A stretch of 64,000 nt of DNA, from NCBI GenBank assembly GCA_001938485.1, contig MQRK01199219.1:4475-68474 (forward strand). The letters run 5' to 3'. The notes under the pieces were generated by a model. It saw only the letters and a program-made list of their open reading frames with translations. It was not told the origin of the DNA and did not search any database. Below are positions 1-12,574 of this stretch, one piece after another. Position 1 is the stretch's first letter, and each line of letters opens with the position of its first letter. Source of the stretch: Girardia tigrina (taxonomy: Eukaryota). Position numbers and translations under genes: made by a program.

Positions 1-112
1 GTGTGTTGACAACATGGGGGGATATTTTGATTAAAAATAAAATGTTATTATTTAAAAAAAATCGATTTACATTTTACTTTAATTTTGACCCGTTTCATAT
101 CGAACAACCTAA
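1..112 (+). mobile_element. 3' end of a mariner element (transposase C-terminus plus right TIR)
   Basis: Reads CVDNMGGYFD* at the window start, then ends ...cgaacaacctaa|TA, typical of mariner termini. Confidence 0.6.
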
Positions 113-282
113 TACTTGACTGAACAATATAAAATTTAGCATTTGATGTTAACCGACGAGTATATGATATGTTTTATTTGGATAACTTTCATTGTACTCT
201 TGAAATATACTTTAAATCTACATAAGCATCTATTTTTCAATCGAAGGAAAGTCTTAAAGCAAATAAAAGATAAATTGAATTA

Positions 283-1437
283 TGTTGTGCGTTCAATAAG
301 TATCCAGTCTAACAAAGAACAAACTAATTCCGAAAATGGCCATTTTATAACACAACAAATTTACCATATGTAGGCATCATTTTTCAAAATAATGTTCATT
401 TCGAGCCATACACTTCCACCCACGAATAATCAAGTTTAAAATGCCATTTTGAAAATTTCTAGGGTTCAACCGTCCAGGAAATCATCCTTGTCAACTTTCA
501 AATCATCTTTCGATCAAAGCTGGATGCCTCTAAAATACTTCTTTAGGTATCTAAAGAAGGAAAAATCGCTCGGTTCCAAATCTTTGATGTATGGCGGATG
601 ATCCACAAGCACTAGTCCAGTACCTTCAATTGTGGCCATAAAAATGCGCACTGTGTGCACTGGGCATTGTTGTTGAGACACCATAGTGGCGTGTTCTTCT
701 GCTTCCGTATATTCTTTCTGGAGTATGCCACCAGTTGGATGTAATATGCAACGTAGTTGATGATGCATTTGTCCACGAGTTCCATGAGAATAACAACTTT
801 ATGATCCCAGAATATGGTAAGCATGGTCTATGTCGTGAACCATTCGCATCTTCAAAAATAGCTTCCCAATAGGCAGTTTCAACTCTACTATCTGACTCTT
901 TGTTTCCGGCAAATACATACAGAAAGATGTTTCACCCTTCGAAATTAAATTTGCCAGAAAAGTTTCTCCATTCTGTTCTCACAGGTTCAATTTGTTCCGA
1001 CTGAACATCAAGGGGCTTGACAACATTTCATCATTCAAGAAGCGGGGTTCGAATCTAGAGCACAGTTTTCTGATACCCATGGATTTCACTTTTGCGTGGG
1101 CTGTAAAAAGACTAATGTTGAGCTTCCCTGACAGCATTTTCATGGTAATTCAACGCTCTTCTTGGACTATCTTCTCCAATTTTTCATCAACTGTGTCAAA
1201 AATTTATTTTGGCCGACCTGATATTTCTTGATCAAAAATGTAGGTTCTAACACCGTTCAACTCTCTGATCTCAATATTTAACAGTTGTCAGAGATGGAGA
1301 GTCATGTAGATAAGTTAACTGCAAGAATCATACTTACTGAAGATAAAGATGTTATTAATATTTGAAAATCATCAACATCACCATTATCAAATCAGACGCT
1401 CTTGATCAATACAATAGATAACCAAGATGGCCCCTAA
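283..1437 (-). mobile_element. Degenerate mariner (DD34D-type) element, possibly irritans-like
   Basis: Frameshifted ORF pieces MLTIFWDHKVVILM and HPPYIKDLEPSDFSFFRYLKKYFRG match mariner WD and [13 protein letters not shown] motifs. TIR-like tgttgtgcgttcaataagtatccag at 283. Right boundary approximate. Confidence 0.75.
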
Positions 1438-2119
1438 TACATATTTGTTTATTACATTATGAAAACAAACAGAAACCTAAATAAAATAAGACAAAATCGT
1501 ATTGTGGTTTGCGTATAGAAAACAGGAGAACATTTAAAATCTTATTTTAGAGTCAACCTTAGTTAAATTTATTTTTCGAGACGATCAATGAGTATTCCTA
1601 ATTCTACAACTGAGAATTAATTCTTTGAAATCCTCTGTTTCATAACAATTTTTAAGGTTTATAAAACAAATAAGAATACATTCTCAATAATGTGTTCTTC
1701 TACCAATGTCAAAACGCGAATGTGACTACCACTTCCAGCGATATCGCATCCTTTTAATCAAATAATGATAATATAAATAATTCTACTTAGTAATGCATGA
1801 AAAGTTAAGAAATAATCGCTATTTAATCTAATTAACAAAGATCAGTGTTGAAAAGTTGTTCTGCGCTTTCTTAATTTAGCGACAGAACCATGACCAGAAG
1901 TCTTTACTAATCTTCAGAAGTCATCCGTGTCAAACTGAGTCAGCGCGGCGATAACTACAATTTGATTACACATAATTACTTGCAACACTGAACTATTCGG
2001 TTGAAAGACTGTGGCAATGAAAAGAATTTGTATATAATATCATATTAAATCGAATATATTTCAAGTAATTCTACAAACAATACATTAAAGAAACAAATTG
2101 TCATGTATATAAATTAGGA

Positions 2120-2400
2120 GTCTGATTGATAAATAATCTCGTCTGTTGATGAATTTTGTTATTTGTTTATTACGGAAGTCAAAATGTCTCACCACATCTT
2201 CGGTTATGTAAAACTACAATTCTATTTGTAGAACCAGATATACAAACATCTCTGTCAAGCACAATACGCATTTATTGTACACAAGAAGTATTACAATGTA
2301 GTGAAAGCTTAAAAAAGTGATCATAAGTTTACTTGGTAATCATTTTATTTAATCAACCTTCAGTGTCAGAAAGATAAAAGACATTTCATTTAAATGAGAT
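2120..2400 (-). pseudogene. Possible highly decayed Penelope-like GIY-YIG C-terminus
   Basis: Minus strand reads NKCVLCLTEMFVY ... KFINRRD, resembling the CxLCLxEK...LNKRSE motif of some PLE endonucleases. Weak. Confidence 0.25.
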
Positions 2401-2460
2401 CAAACAATTTGTTACTTCCGTCGGAGTTTTGATTGTCTCTGAAAATGTGTATTAGATTAA

Positions 2461-2672
2461 CACATTGAATGCTGAGTACGAGATATCTTGTACTTCAATA
2501 TTCATTAGTTAGACGCTAAGTACGAGATATCTCGTACTTTGGCTTACATTACTAAGACACTAAGTACGAGATATCTGCTGCGCGCATGAGATATGCCTGC
2601 CGCGCGACAGTAAACTTTTTTGTCCCACGCGTAGCAGACGTTCGGTGCATGATGTCAACAGCAGTCAATGTG
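2461..2672. mobile_element. piggyBac-type MITE
   Basis: TTAA on both sides; TIR cacattgaatgctg / cagcagtcaatgtg (13/14 match); three internal copies of the palindrome agtacgagatatctcgtact (one perfect, one with a mismatch, one truncated). Confidence 0.8.
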
Positions 2673-2763
2673 TTAATATTTCAAGACAGTATTGTTTCGA
2701 AAATAAGGATAGTTTATTTACTAGTTGCATTTCATTTAAGAAGTAAATATTCATCTTTTATAA

Positions 2764-2990
2764 CAATGTCGGGTAACCGGTGCACCGCGAACATTTTTAT
2801 AAAATATTTAAAATCGTTAAAGTAATTGAACTTGTTATTGAAGTAACGATTAGTCATAATTTTGCATCGTTGTAAAACACACAGTAATTGTAATTACATA
2901 CAAGTAAATTTATAGTGAGTCGCACAGGTGCGCCGCAAAAAAAGTTTTAAGCTTAGTGCACCGCAACTCGAAAAAGGTTACCCGACACTG
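2764..2990. mobile_element. hAT-type MITE
   Basis: TIR caatgtcgggtaacc / ggttacccgacactg; 8-bp TSD ttttataa / tttcataa (7/8); subterminal gtgcaccgc repeats. Confidence 0.8.
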
Positions 2991-4194
2991 TTTCATAATA
3001 ATATTGTAGTAACACAGTTTTGTGAAAAAAATCATTTACGAAATCACAAAATTCAATTATCATATTTGTTAAATTCAATAAAAATATTTATTAACTCACA
3101 GGCTATATCAAAATCATTGGACTAGGAAAGCAACATTATTATTTTGATCAATCAATGTCCAGTTTTAATTTATTGCAAGAATTTAGTTTTCCCAAATTCT
3201 TTTTTATAACAGTATAATTTTTTATGCTATAGTAAAACTTTTTTTAATTATATAAAAATTATTTTTAAAAAATATGTTGTAATTTTTTGATGTGATAGAA
3301 ATATGTTTAATCGAACGTTTCCATTTTAATTTAACGTTTTTCATCCGATATGAAACTCACATCAAATATGTAAATGATTCATGTAAAATATGTAAATATG
3401 TAAAATGTCGCAAAATAAGTTTTCATAAAATATCACAAAATTATTTGATCAAGATCAATTTTAATTATTTTTTGTTTTTCGGGCATTGATTTTCAATCTT
3501 TATGTGACTGAGGCACCCGAAGGAGCACTCTGATCTTGTTGTCGGGCGAAACAACCTGGACACCTAAGTAAAACATAAATCAGGGGTCTTTGAATACTTT
3601 ATGAGCTCATTATACGTACTTGCTAATAAAAATAAAAATGTATTTTTTAAAAAAATCTTTGTCTGTATTGTTTATCCATCAAATTAAATAATCAAAATTT
3701 TTATAAAACTTTTTTAACATGAAATGAACTATTATAATATGTAATTCGCGGTATAATCTCATACCGCTCAATTTATTTTCTCTTTCAAAGATCAATGGTC
3801 AGTGTATAAATTTTTTATTGTCTATATTGTATGTGATTTTAATTTCCTTTTTGGATCTTTTAGTTATTGTAACGGGCAAATATTTGTAGTTTTATTTGTG
3901 ACTCATTTTTTTATTGTAAAGTGATCTGCAGTGCGTTTTTGTTTTATTTCTTTTATTCGTTTTTTTACGTCAGACAATTTACAAGTTGACTATTGAAGGA
4001 AAGATTGTTTTTTTATAAAGGGCTAATTTAACGAAAGACTGAAAGAAATGAAGAACAGATTATTTAAAAAAGAGAAAGAAATTATATTTTAAATTATAAT
4101 GATTTAAATAAAATCATATAATTAAATTTAAGAATTGAAATTTAAAAATTAAAATTTAAAATGAAAATTCAATAATCAATATATTTACCTGACG

Positions 4195-4410
4195 ACGAAA
4201 ATATTATTTCGCTTGAATATATTACTTTTCTTGAAAATATTATCTCGCCAGAAAACATTGTTTCGCCTGAAGATATTATTTCGCCTGAAAACATTATTTC
4301 GCCTGAAAATATTGTGTTGAAAATATTATTTCGCCTGAAAATATTATATTGTCCGAAAATATTATTTCCCCCGAATATATTATATTGTCTTACAATTTTA
4401 TTTCGTTTGG
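4195..4410. repeat. 18-bp minisatellite (consensus gaaaatattatttcgcct), about 11 degenerate units
   Basis: Direct reading. It explains the repetitive ORFs 4169..4486 and 4314..4580. May be the modular subterminal array of a MULE/foldback end. Confidence 0.85.
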
Positions 4411-5221
4411 CAAAAAAATTGTTTAGTGGGCCAATATTTGAAAAGACAAGAATCCAACCGATTTTTTGTGTTAACTTTCGATACATAAAAAATTTATCAT
4501 CAATTAAGTATATCAGTATTGGGATCAGTCATTTCGGTATATCATCATACTATCTTGTAAGTGTTTTGTTATTCGATTAAGATTTTAATAGTAGAAACCT
4601 AGATTCTCTTTTTATAGATTATTATTTTATTTTTATTTTTATTTGTTTTTTTATATATAACTAAACTCATCAAGGACTACCCTTTGATTAGTTTAGTTGT
4701 TGCTTCATTATATATTTGTTTATAGTAAAAAATAGACGATTCGTCTCAATAACGCCGGAATATCGAATCTTTTATTTTTTACAGTCAGGTCCTGGGAATT
4801 CGGATTGTTAAATGGTTATAATTTGTGTTTGATGTTGTTTACTTAGACTTCTTTTTAATAAGGTTCTTGTGTGAATCATAACCTCCGCAGAGAACATCTA
4901 AAATATCTAGCGTATATTACGTGATGAGGAAAATTTTAATGGTTGATAAACTAATGTAGTGTAACAAAACTAATTAATTTAATTAGCTGAAATCATTTTT
5001 TATAAAATTTATAAAGAATTAAAATAGAATGAGCAAATCCATAATAAATTCATTCACAAAATCTCCTATCCGTAATAATCTTAAAACATAAGAAAGCTCA
5101 ATGATGGGTGACACGATACTATCGAAATGAGAACAAAACAACAGAAATATCAACAAAACTAGAAGTGACATAAATCAGAAAGAAGTACAGAAACTTACAA
5201 GCAAGACAGACCAACAATTAA

Positions 5222-6915
5222 CAGTGCTTTCTTTCAGTAGGAACTCATGGGAACTCAGTTCCCATACCTGTTTTTGCCAGATTAGTTTATATTTATATAA
5301 AATAATCGGCGCTTTACTTACTGTCAGTCCTTTTTACAGTGGGGACTCACGGGAACGACATAAATTACGGTTTACAAATAAACAACAAGCTATATAAATG
5401 TACCAAGTAGCAAATGCTGTTATTCTCTAATATTTAATATGATATCTATGGCATAGCCTTTTCAGGGGCGTGGTCATATTGATTAAATTATTTGGTAAAT
5501 AATTATTCGATGTCATTTTAGATTTTACAGTCTTAAAATTAATAATAATTAAACAAACAAAAAAGCCTTGAAATGAAGAAAATCTCAAGTTTTTTTCCCA
5601 GCTGCTGCTTCGATAAGCAAACAATTGAAACAAGAACTTGCGGAAGGTAATGATATTCAAACGACAGTCTCAGAACAAACGTGTGTAGGCGATGTAGACA
5701 TAGACTCGGACAATGATCAGCCAAGTTGTTGGACATTGGAGCAAAAATTAGACTTCTGCGGAAGATATGAATGACTGTGCGTTAGAAGAAAAAAGCTCGG
5801 CTGTACAGTCTGCCAAAAGGTTGGAACACTTGGTATATAAGCAAAAATGGGTATGAATATATCGAAAGAATGGACTGATGGCGAAGTATCTTGTTACGGA
5901 GATGAAAAAAAGAAACAGCCGAATTCACTCCGAAAGAAAATTTTGCTTCACAAGGAATCTGCTGGATATCAAACTGCTGTAAAGATACTAACAGAAGCAG
6001 AAAAGGAAAAGCTTGAAAACGTAATTTTAAAGTCACGTGAGAAAACAGTGACGGCTAAAATCTTTCGCACTGCATACAAAGTTGTGAAAGGAAATCAGTC
6101 ATATAATAACTTTGAAATAGAAATTGATTTACAAGAAATTAACGGGATAGACATAGGTCGCATTCTATATTCGACAAATGCATACATTAATATTGTGAAC
6201 CATATAAGGACTGAAATGAGACAGAAGCTGGTCAAAGAAGTGGTTAAATCCAAAAGTAAAATGTCACTGATGATTGATGAGTCTACGACATTGAGTGGAA
6301 AATCAACCCTTAAAGTGTACTTGCGAAGTTGTATAGAAGGCACTGAAATGAAAGAAGCAGTAAATTTATTTCTGGACTTAATCGAACTTCAAAGTGTCAC
6401 AGCCAACGGAATCTTTACTGCATTACTAGACTGTCTTAAATATTACAGGATGGGTGAAGAAAACTTTAAGAACTATTAATTAAGAACTATTTAGTTTCTG
6501 TTACATGTGATGGTGCATCTGTCATGTTGGGATGCAGAAGTGGAGTAAAGAAGCTACTTACTGATAAATTTCCATCGGTGATATTCTGGCACTGTGCTAA
6601 TCGCAGACTGAACTATCAGTAGTAGATACCGTAAAGGACTTTTCAGGAGTCAATAGATTTAAATCATTCCTTGATAAGCTATACGTAATAAACCATGCTT
6701 CTCAAAGAAATAGTAGAGAACTGCATTCATGTGCTAAATTACTTGAAGTAGAGTTATTAAAAATTGGACGGGTTTTAAGTACGCGATGGGTTTCGTCAAG
6801 TTTCCATGCAGTGTTTGCAGTGTGGAATAATTATGGTAAATCATTTCGAAGAAGCAATGACTGAAGAAGTAACAATGAGAAATGTACATATGAAGGGTTG
6901 AAGAAGAAAATAGCA
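5222..6915 (+). mobile_element. Decayed, 3'-truncated hAT transposon (KIAA1586/ZNF862-like transposase)
   Basis: 5' end cagtgctttctttcagtaggaactc with ggaactc repeats. ORF 5847..6479 has SLMIDESTT and LFLDLIELQSVTANGI; downstream frames give VTCDGASVMLGCRSGV, FPSVIFWHCAN and GRVLSTRWVSS. Stops and frameshifts present. Confidence 0.85.
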
Positions 6916-8179
6916 TCGTTAGAGGAAGACTGACGATCACGTAGAATGCCTATCGGGGAATACTATTCTCTTTTTAGTTGAGGTGGACCTTAGTCGCAAT
7001 ACAACGTAAAAAAGAATTAAAAGAACATTACACTATAATGAGGAATTAAATCAAGAGAAAGTCAAAATAAAATGTATAAGAAATTTTTATTAAAAGTGAA
7101 TAGAATTAAATGAAAATTATGTACAAAAGAGATATTATCTTTGGTTGTTAGAAAAGAAAAATGTAAATTTGTTAGAGAAATTGCTGTTTTAATTTTTTTT
7201 ATAAAATAGCTATACTGTTGAATTCAAAGAAGTCAATCTCAAGAGCAGCATAAAAATCACTTATGCTTTTGCCTGGATAACACGTGTTATGGACGCGGGA
7301 GTTGTACAATAAATCAGAAGAGTATGGATAGATAATGAATAGGAGAAGGCTGAAGATCACGTGGAAAAAAAGATCAAGGACTTTTTCTGGAGGAGAGTGT
7401 TGTGTTTTAATTTTTGTAAATTATTTTTATTGTTCAGCTTTGTTTTTTTTGTTGGTTGTACATTGAAAATTATGTAATTTTTTTGTGTAAATTTTTATGT
7501 AAAAAAGGAATTATCAGATTTGATGGAAAATGTCATTTTCAAATACTTATTTTAGATACAAATTTAAAGCTTGGGATGAATTAATATTTTAATTTAGTAT
7601 TTTTTTTATCAACTTGTAAAAATCTTTTAACAACGTTTTCAATTTATTTTAAAACATTAAATTTTCAGGGTTTTTGTTGACTGAAATTTATTCTATATGT
7701 AATATTTTATTTATTATTTTATGTTAGGTTTGTTTTATTGACAGAAAAAATTGTTTTACTGAACTTTTCGATAAAAAATAAAACTTTTTGAATTTGGAGT
7801 TATTTTGATGTTACGAGTTTATTTCTTGATTTATAACGATAACAAGATAAATTAATCAATTAATATGGGTTGTGGAGCTACTAAATTATCAACTGTTGAG
7901 AGCAAAGCAGATCAATCAATAAATATACAATGCCCACAGATAATCGCCATGTTAATCGGATCCATCAGTTGTGTTTAACATATTCCTCAAGTGATTAATT
8001 CGGATGCTGAGAAAATTCAGGAGAAAATATCGAAAGGAAAGAAAGAGCCGACGACTGTTAAAAAGACTGAACAAACTCCTCCAAAAGAGAATATGAACGA
8101 TCAATCGATTATCTCTGAAAAAGACGTACCCTCACAAATCCCACAGAGAGCGACAGAAATACTTGGTAAAAGACCGTGA

Positions 8180-8420
8180 TCAATAGAAGAGACCAACAAG
8201 AGAAGGAAGCTGAAATACTACGGACATCAGATAAGAAAACAAGCATTAGAAAGGTTATACTTGCAGGAAGAGTGGAAGGAGAAAGACCAAAGAGATAATG
8301 GACAGACGATTTGAAAGAATGTAGGTGATTGAACATGGAATATCTGAGAAGCTTGTGGATAATTAGGTGCCTCCACGGCCCAACAGCGAAGGTCCAAAAT
8401 AAAGAAAGGAGAATTGGAAA
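8180..8420 (+). mobile_element. 5'-truncated RTE-clade LINE 3' fragment
   Basis: Reads KRRKLKYYGHQIRK ... KVILAGRVEGERPKR*WTDDLKE, matching the RTE/BovB-like C-terminal pattern RRKL.YFGH..R / IL.G.VEG.R / W.D.IK. Confidence 0.75.
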
Positions 8421-9811
8421 TCAAAATCTAAAGTAAATGTATTAGTGAAAATTAAGAAAAGTTTAGAAGAATTGTGTATGGAATTTGAATGTAGATAAAG
8501 AATATTTTAAAAATTGACTAATATAATTCAAGTAAATGTAAATGCTAGTTGTAAAAGAGTGTTATTGATAATTTTCAATTTTCTAAAATAAAGTGCTTCA
8601 TAAATTTTGGGTGTTTTAAAATGTCGATTTATAAATTTAAAAATTATCGGACATAAAAAATCAAAGAAGACAAAGCATTGAGTATGTTTTAATAAATGTT
8701 GAGAGTATTAGTGTCTTCTTTAATTTAGAAAATGGAATTAAATACTCAACCTAACACTTTTGAAAGATTGCAAGAGTGCAATCACATAGAAATTGTTTTG
8801 GTTTTAATTTTGCTAATTTTGATTGAAAATTGAATAGATCTAAAATGGATAATTCAAATTCATTCCAAAATAGAAGAACTAAATAATTACTGAAATATTG
8901 TTTGAGATTTGGATCCTTCGAATGAGACATCTTCAAACAAAAAAAGGAGTGTTGTTACCGGCATCTATAACCGCCCTCGTCTGCTTTCATATTCAGTGAT
9001 TGTGAAAAACCGCGATTTTAATCAAAATTTCAGTTATATTTGGGTCCTTATAAAATATATCAAATTTATCTGGTGTACAGCCCATACCTCGCACATTAAA
9101 ATCTATATATTCATAGATGACCTTTTCAACAGTAAGATTACATAAAGAAATGAACGACGTCAAAGTAGACTTGCTCAGAATTTGGCCTTTATCGTTAAGG
9201 TGCTTCATAAAAATCCAATATTTTTACAATTTAATCAAGAACAAACTCACCTTGACAAGGTTACTTCTTTCCATGTCATCTTGAATGGAAACAACACCTT
9301 TATACTCATGCGTAGATACATTAATGTTATGTAAACATCATATCATACTAAAGCCGTTGATTTAGGTTTTTAAAACATTTATAAATACAAGGAATGATAA
9401 GAAAGAAAATGGTAAAAGCAAGTGATACAAAGTTGAAGTTAAAAGACCTTTATTTGGGGAAACTACAATTTCTAATGTATTCCGACAGTCTCATCAAAAG
9501 ACAGTGAAAACATTTCTGCGGCTGGAATTTTTATATCTAATAAACCACCGACTTTATCTAACAAATTTAATTGTTCTCTCTGTTTTATCTCCATATTTTG
9601 TAATAAAATTTATGTGATAAATATTTAATTATTGTAAATGTTCTTTACTAAGAGTCGTGAGTACCTGGAAACAATTTGTTATTGTTATTATATTATTATT
9701 TTATTTTTATTATTTTCTCATAACACTAATTACTTTCTCTTTAACGATATTTTGACCAAAATTTTGTTACCCCAAAATGTACCATTATAATCGAGTGACC
9801 TTCATAATATA

Positions 9812-10562
9812 CCGCGTTTTCCCGAAATTAAGCCCTAGCGAAATTTTAAAAAAATCAATCATTAATTAAATGAACTGGCTTCACGAATAAATGAAACAGA
9901 AACTTTCAACTTTAAAGATAATAGTGACGATCTAGAAGAAGATGATATTGTTACTGTGAGGAATATGCGGTGTGTTGATGTTTTTGTGTAGTGTTTGCAT
10001 GTTTAAATGTTGTGTGTTGATTTGGGATTGTGCCTCTCCGAATCAGATGGATGATTAATATTTTAATTCTTATAATCTGAAACTAATTTATTTAAATTTA
10101 GATTTAATATTCACATTTTTTATTTCTATTATTGTAAATTTTAAATAATTTTATTCATTTTATTTTTGTAAATTTTTAAATAATTAAAATCAAATTTATG
10201 TTTAAAAATGATTATAAAAAGTAATTTTATTTAGCCTATAAAATTTAAATTAAATATTTAAAATAAAATAATTTTCTTCAAGTTAGTTCAGATTGGAATG
10301 AAAAGTATTAAACATTGAGTGATGGATACAAGTGAAGGCAACACTAGTAATTGTCATAAAGATGATCAAAATTGTGGATGTAATAAATGTTCTATCAAAT
10401 GTGTGAGTTCTCTTAACAGTTATTATTGAATAAAATTTGATGTCTGAATTTTTATATTATATTTTTTTCTTAAATATTATAAATATCCAGAAATTAAGCC
10501 ATAGTTTCATTTTTTTTACAAAATATAAATAGAAGATAAGGTCTTAATTTCGGGGAAAAAAG
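9812..10562. mobile_element. pogo/Tigger-like MITE interrupted by a solo-LTR-like element
   Basis: TA|ccgcgttttcccgaaattaagcc ... ggtcttaatttcggggaaaaaag|TA; internal repeat cagaaattaagccatag near 10490. Confidence 0.65.
9955..10418 (+). mobile_element. Solo-LTR-like element, TGTGAGG family
   Basis: TGTGAGGAATAT ... CTCTTAACA termini; 5-bp TSD gttac/gttat; motif ctctccgaatcagatgg at 10034-10050; AATAAA about 35 nt before the end. Confidence 0.8.
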
Positions 10563-12044
10563 TAAAACTTAAAATTGATTATTTTAGATTCAATAACGTC
10601 ATTAAAATATCAAATTTTATTAAATATTTTTTAATGTTTCATTTGATTTTCTGCCATCTCCAGACATAATTAACAACAATTAGTTGTATTATATACATTA
10701 AAATAAAGATTATATAACTAACTTAAATAGCAATTATTAATGACAGTTTTTAACGGTTTCTGGAATTTCGTCAAAATTCACATTCTTTTTGTGGCAGTTT
10801 TATATATTGGGTCTTAGATTATATTGTTAAATGATTATGACATTAAAAACTGAAAATAATTAGATTGAAGCAAGAGACGAAACTTTTAATAACAAATATA
10901 AAATGCCTATCATTGTGGCAATTACTTGTTAGCCAGGTCTGTTTACCGTACCATCTTGTTTTTAACATTCGACTTTTTGTAAAAGAAAGCCGTTAAAAAA
11001 CTTTCCTTATTAACTCCTCTGACATAACCATCTCCTCCGTAACAAACGATCTGCACAAAAAATGTTATTTATATAAAGTGATGGTTGCGTGGTCATTATT
11101 ATTGAACCTTTCGAAAGTTAATTTTCTGATCAAAATATCAGTGACGTATAATAATTTATGTCATTCGATATTGCTAATACCCGATCTTCAAGAATCGATC
11201 TCAATTTTTGTTTGATTCTATTTCTCGTGAGAGGGGACTGGATTGCCGTCTCAGCCTGTTCGGAAAAACTGACCGAATGGATGATTGTTTTTTTAATTTG
11301 TAAATAAGTCAATATTGAAAGTATTTTATTAGAATTGGTTTAACCTTTACGTAATTTTATGGCTTGTATGGTTATATTTTGTTTTATGTTTTTTTGTCAT
11401 TGTAGTGCTCGAAAATTGTGAAAATCATAAATAAAAAACTGCTTATTGTTTTAATGATTCAATGAATAAAAAAATGAATTCAATTTTAAACTAAAAAATG
11501 TCAATTGTCGTAAAAAATAAAAGTTTATTTTTTTCGTTTTTTATCCGTTATCATGGACCTTATATTACAAATTCATGCGGTGCTCGCGTAACTATACCGC
11601 CTTGTGGCAAAACAAGCCGGTTATATTAAAGCCGGTGCTGTTATGCTCGAGTCGACCGCGCATCCCTGGCCGACTTGATCTTACCAGTCGGACAAACCGA
11701 CGTCGAGGGAACGGAGCGATCGCACAGCTCTCCGCTTCTGGTTAGACTACTCGACGGAGAACTGCTATGAATCATTTGCAGGACGGATACATATCGATGA
11801 TTCGGCCTGTGTCTGCCAAGGCAATGTTTTAAAATAGTAACTGGGCACCCAAATGGATGCCCAGTCATTGATTATTAGATGAAGTGGTGTAGCTCCATCT
11901 TCTTCCACCTCCAGGTGTAACTGGTTTATCGGATAAATAAACTTTAGAGATAAACTTTATCCTTCTTTATCACTCTCTCCCCATTTTGACTCTTACTCTT
12001 TGCAGCACGGCAAATAAACTGATTCATAAACTCATTATTATAAT

Positions 12045-12574
12045 TATTAAGAACACCCACATGGGTTTTCGAACTTTTATTTTCAATACAATCAGAATTG
12101 TCTTTTGGACAACTCTCAGCAAAACTCTCGTAATTCGACATCGTTCTAAATTGATAACTTTTGGTTAATGTTTGTTAATAAACAATTATTCGAACAAATT
12201 TTTCATTATTTTCAGATTTTATTTTTAAAGTTCAATTTTGTAGTTTTAGTATTAATTTTTATTTACATATTAATTTTATTTAAAAAATGATTTTATGTAA
12301 AGAATGAACATTTATTTAATTCAAAACTTAGTTAAAACTATTTATTTTATTTAAATTTTAATATGAAAATTTGAAACGATTTAATATTTTTAATGTTTTT
12401 ACATATCTTATGCTGTACTTTAAAATGTCAATTATACTCGAATAATTATCTATCGTGAACATCTAAAATATCAATTTTCCACCTGGGTGGGAGAAACACA
12501 TTTCCAAATACTAAACTCTACATACAAATTCAGCAAACCAATTTCAACATACCAAATTTAAAATATTCCTCACA
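12045..12574 (-). mobile_element. Solo-LTR-like element, TGTGAGG family
   Basis: Minus strand TGTGAGGAATATT ... GTGTTCTTAATA; perfect 5-bp TSD ATAAT (12040-12044 / 12575-12579); motif ttctcccacccaggtgg. Confidence 0.85.

Noticed and set aside
3503-3563. Hammerhead-like string ctgaggc-acccga...tcgggc-gaaac
   Set aside because: Core reads CUGAGGC rather than CUGANGA, and there is no UH at the cleavage position. At best a dead relic.
4169-4580. Repetitive ORFs on both strands
   Set aside because: Products of the 18-bp minisatellite, with no coding evidence.
12478-12574. Recurring bipartite motif first read as an snRNA-type or piRNA (Ruby-like) promoter preceding unique sequences
   Set aside because: The motif ends at a TSD-bounded terminus and homology continues ~450 bp the other way, so it is an element end. 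The unique sequence is insertion-site flank.
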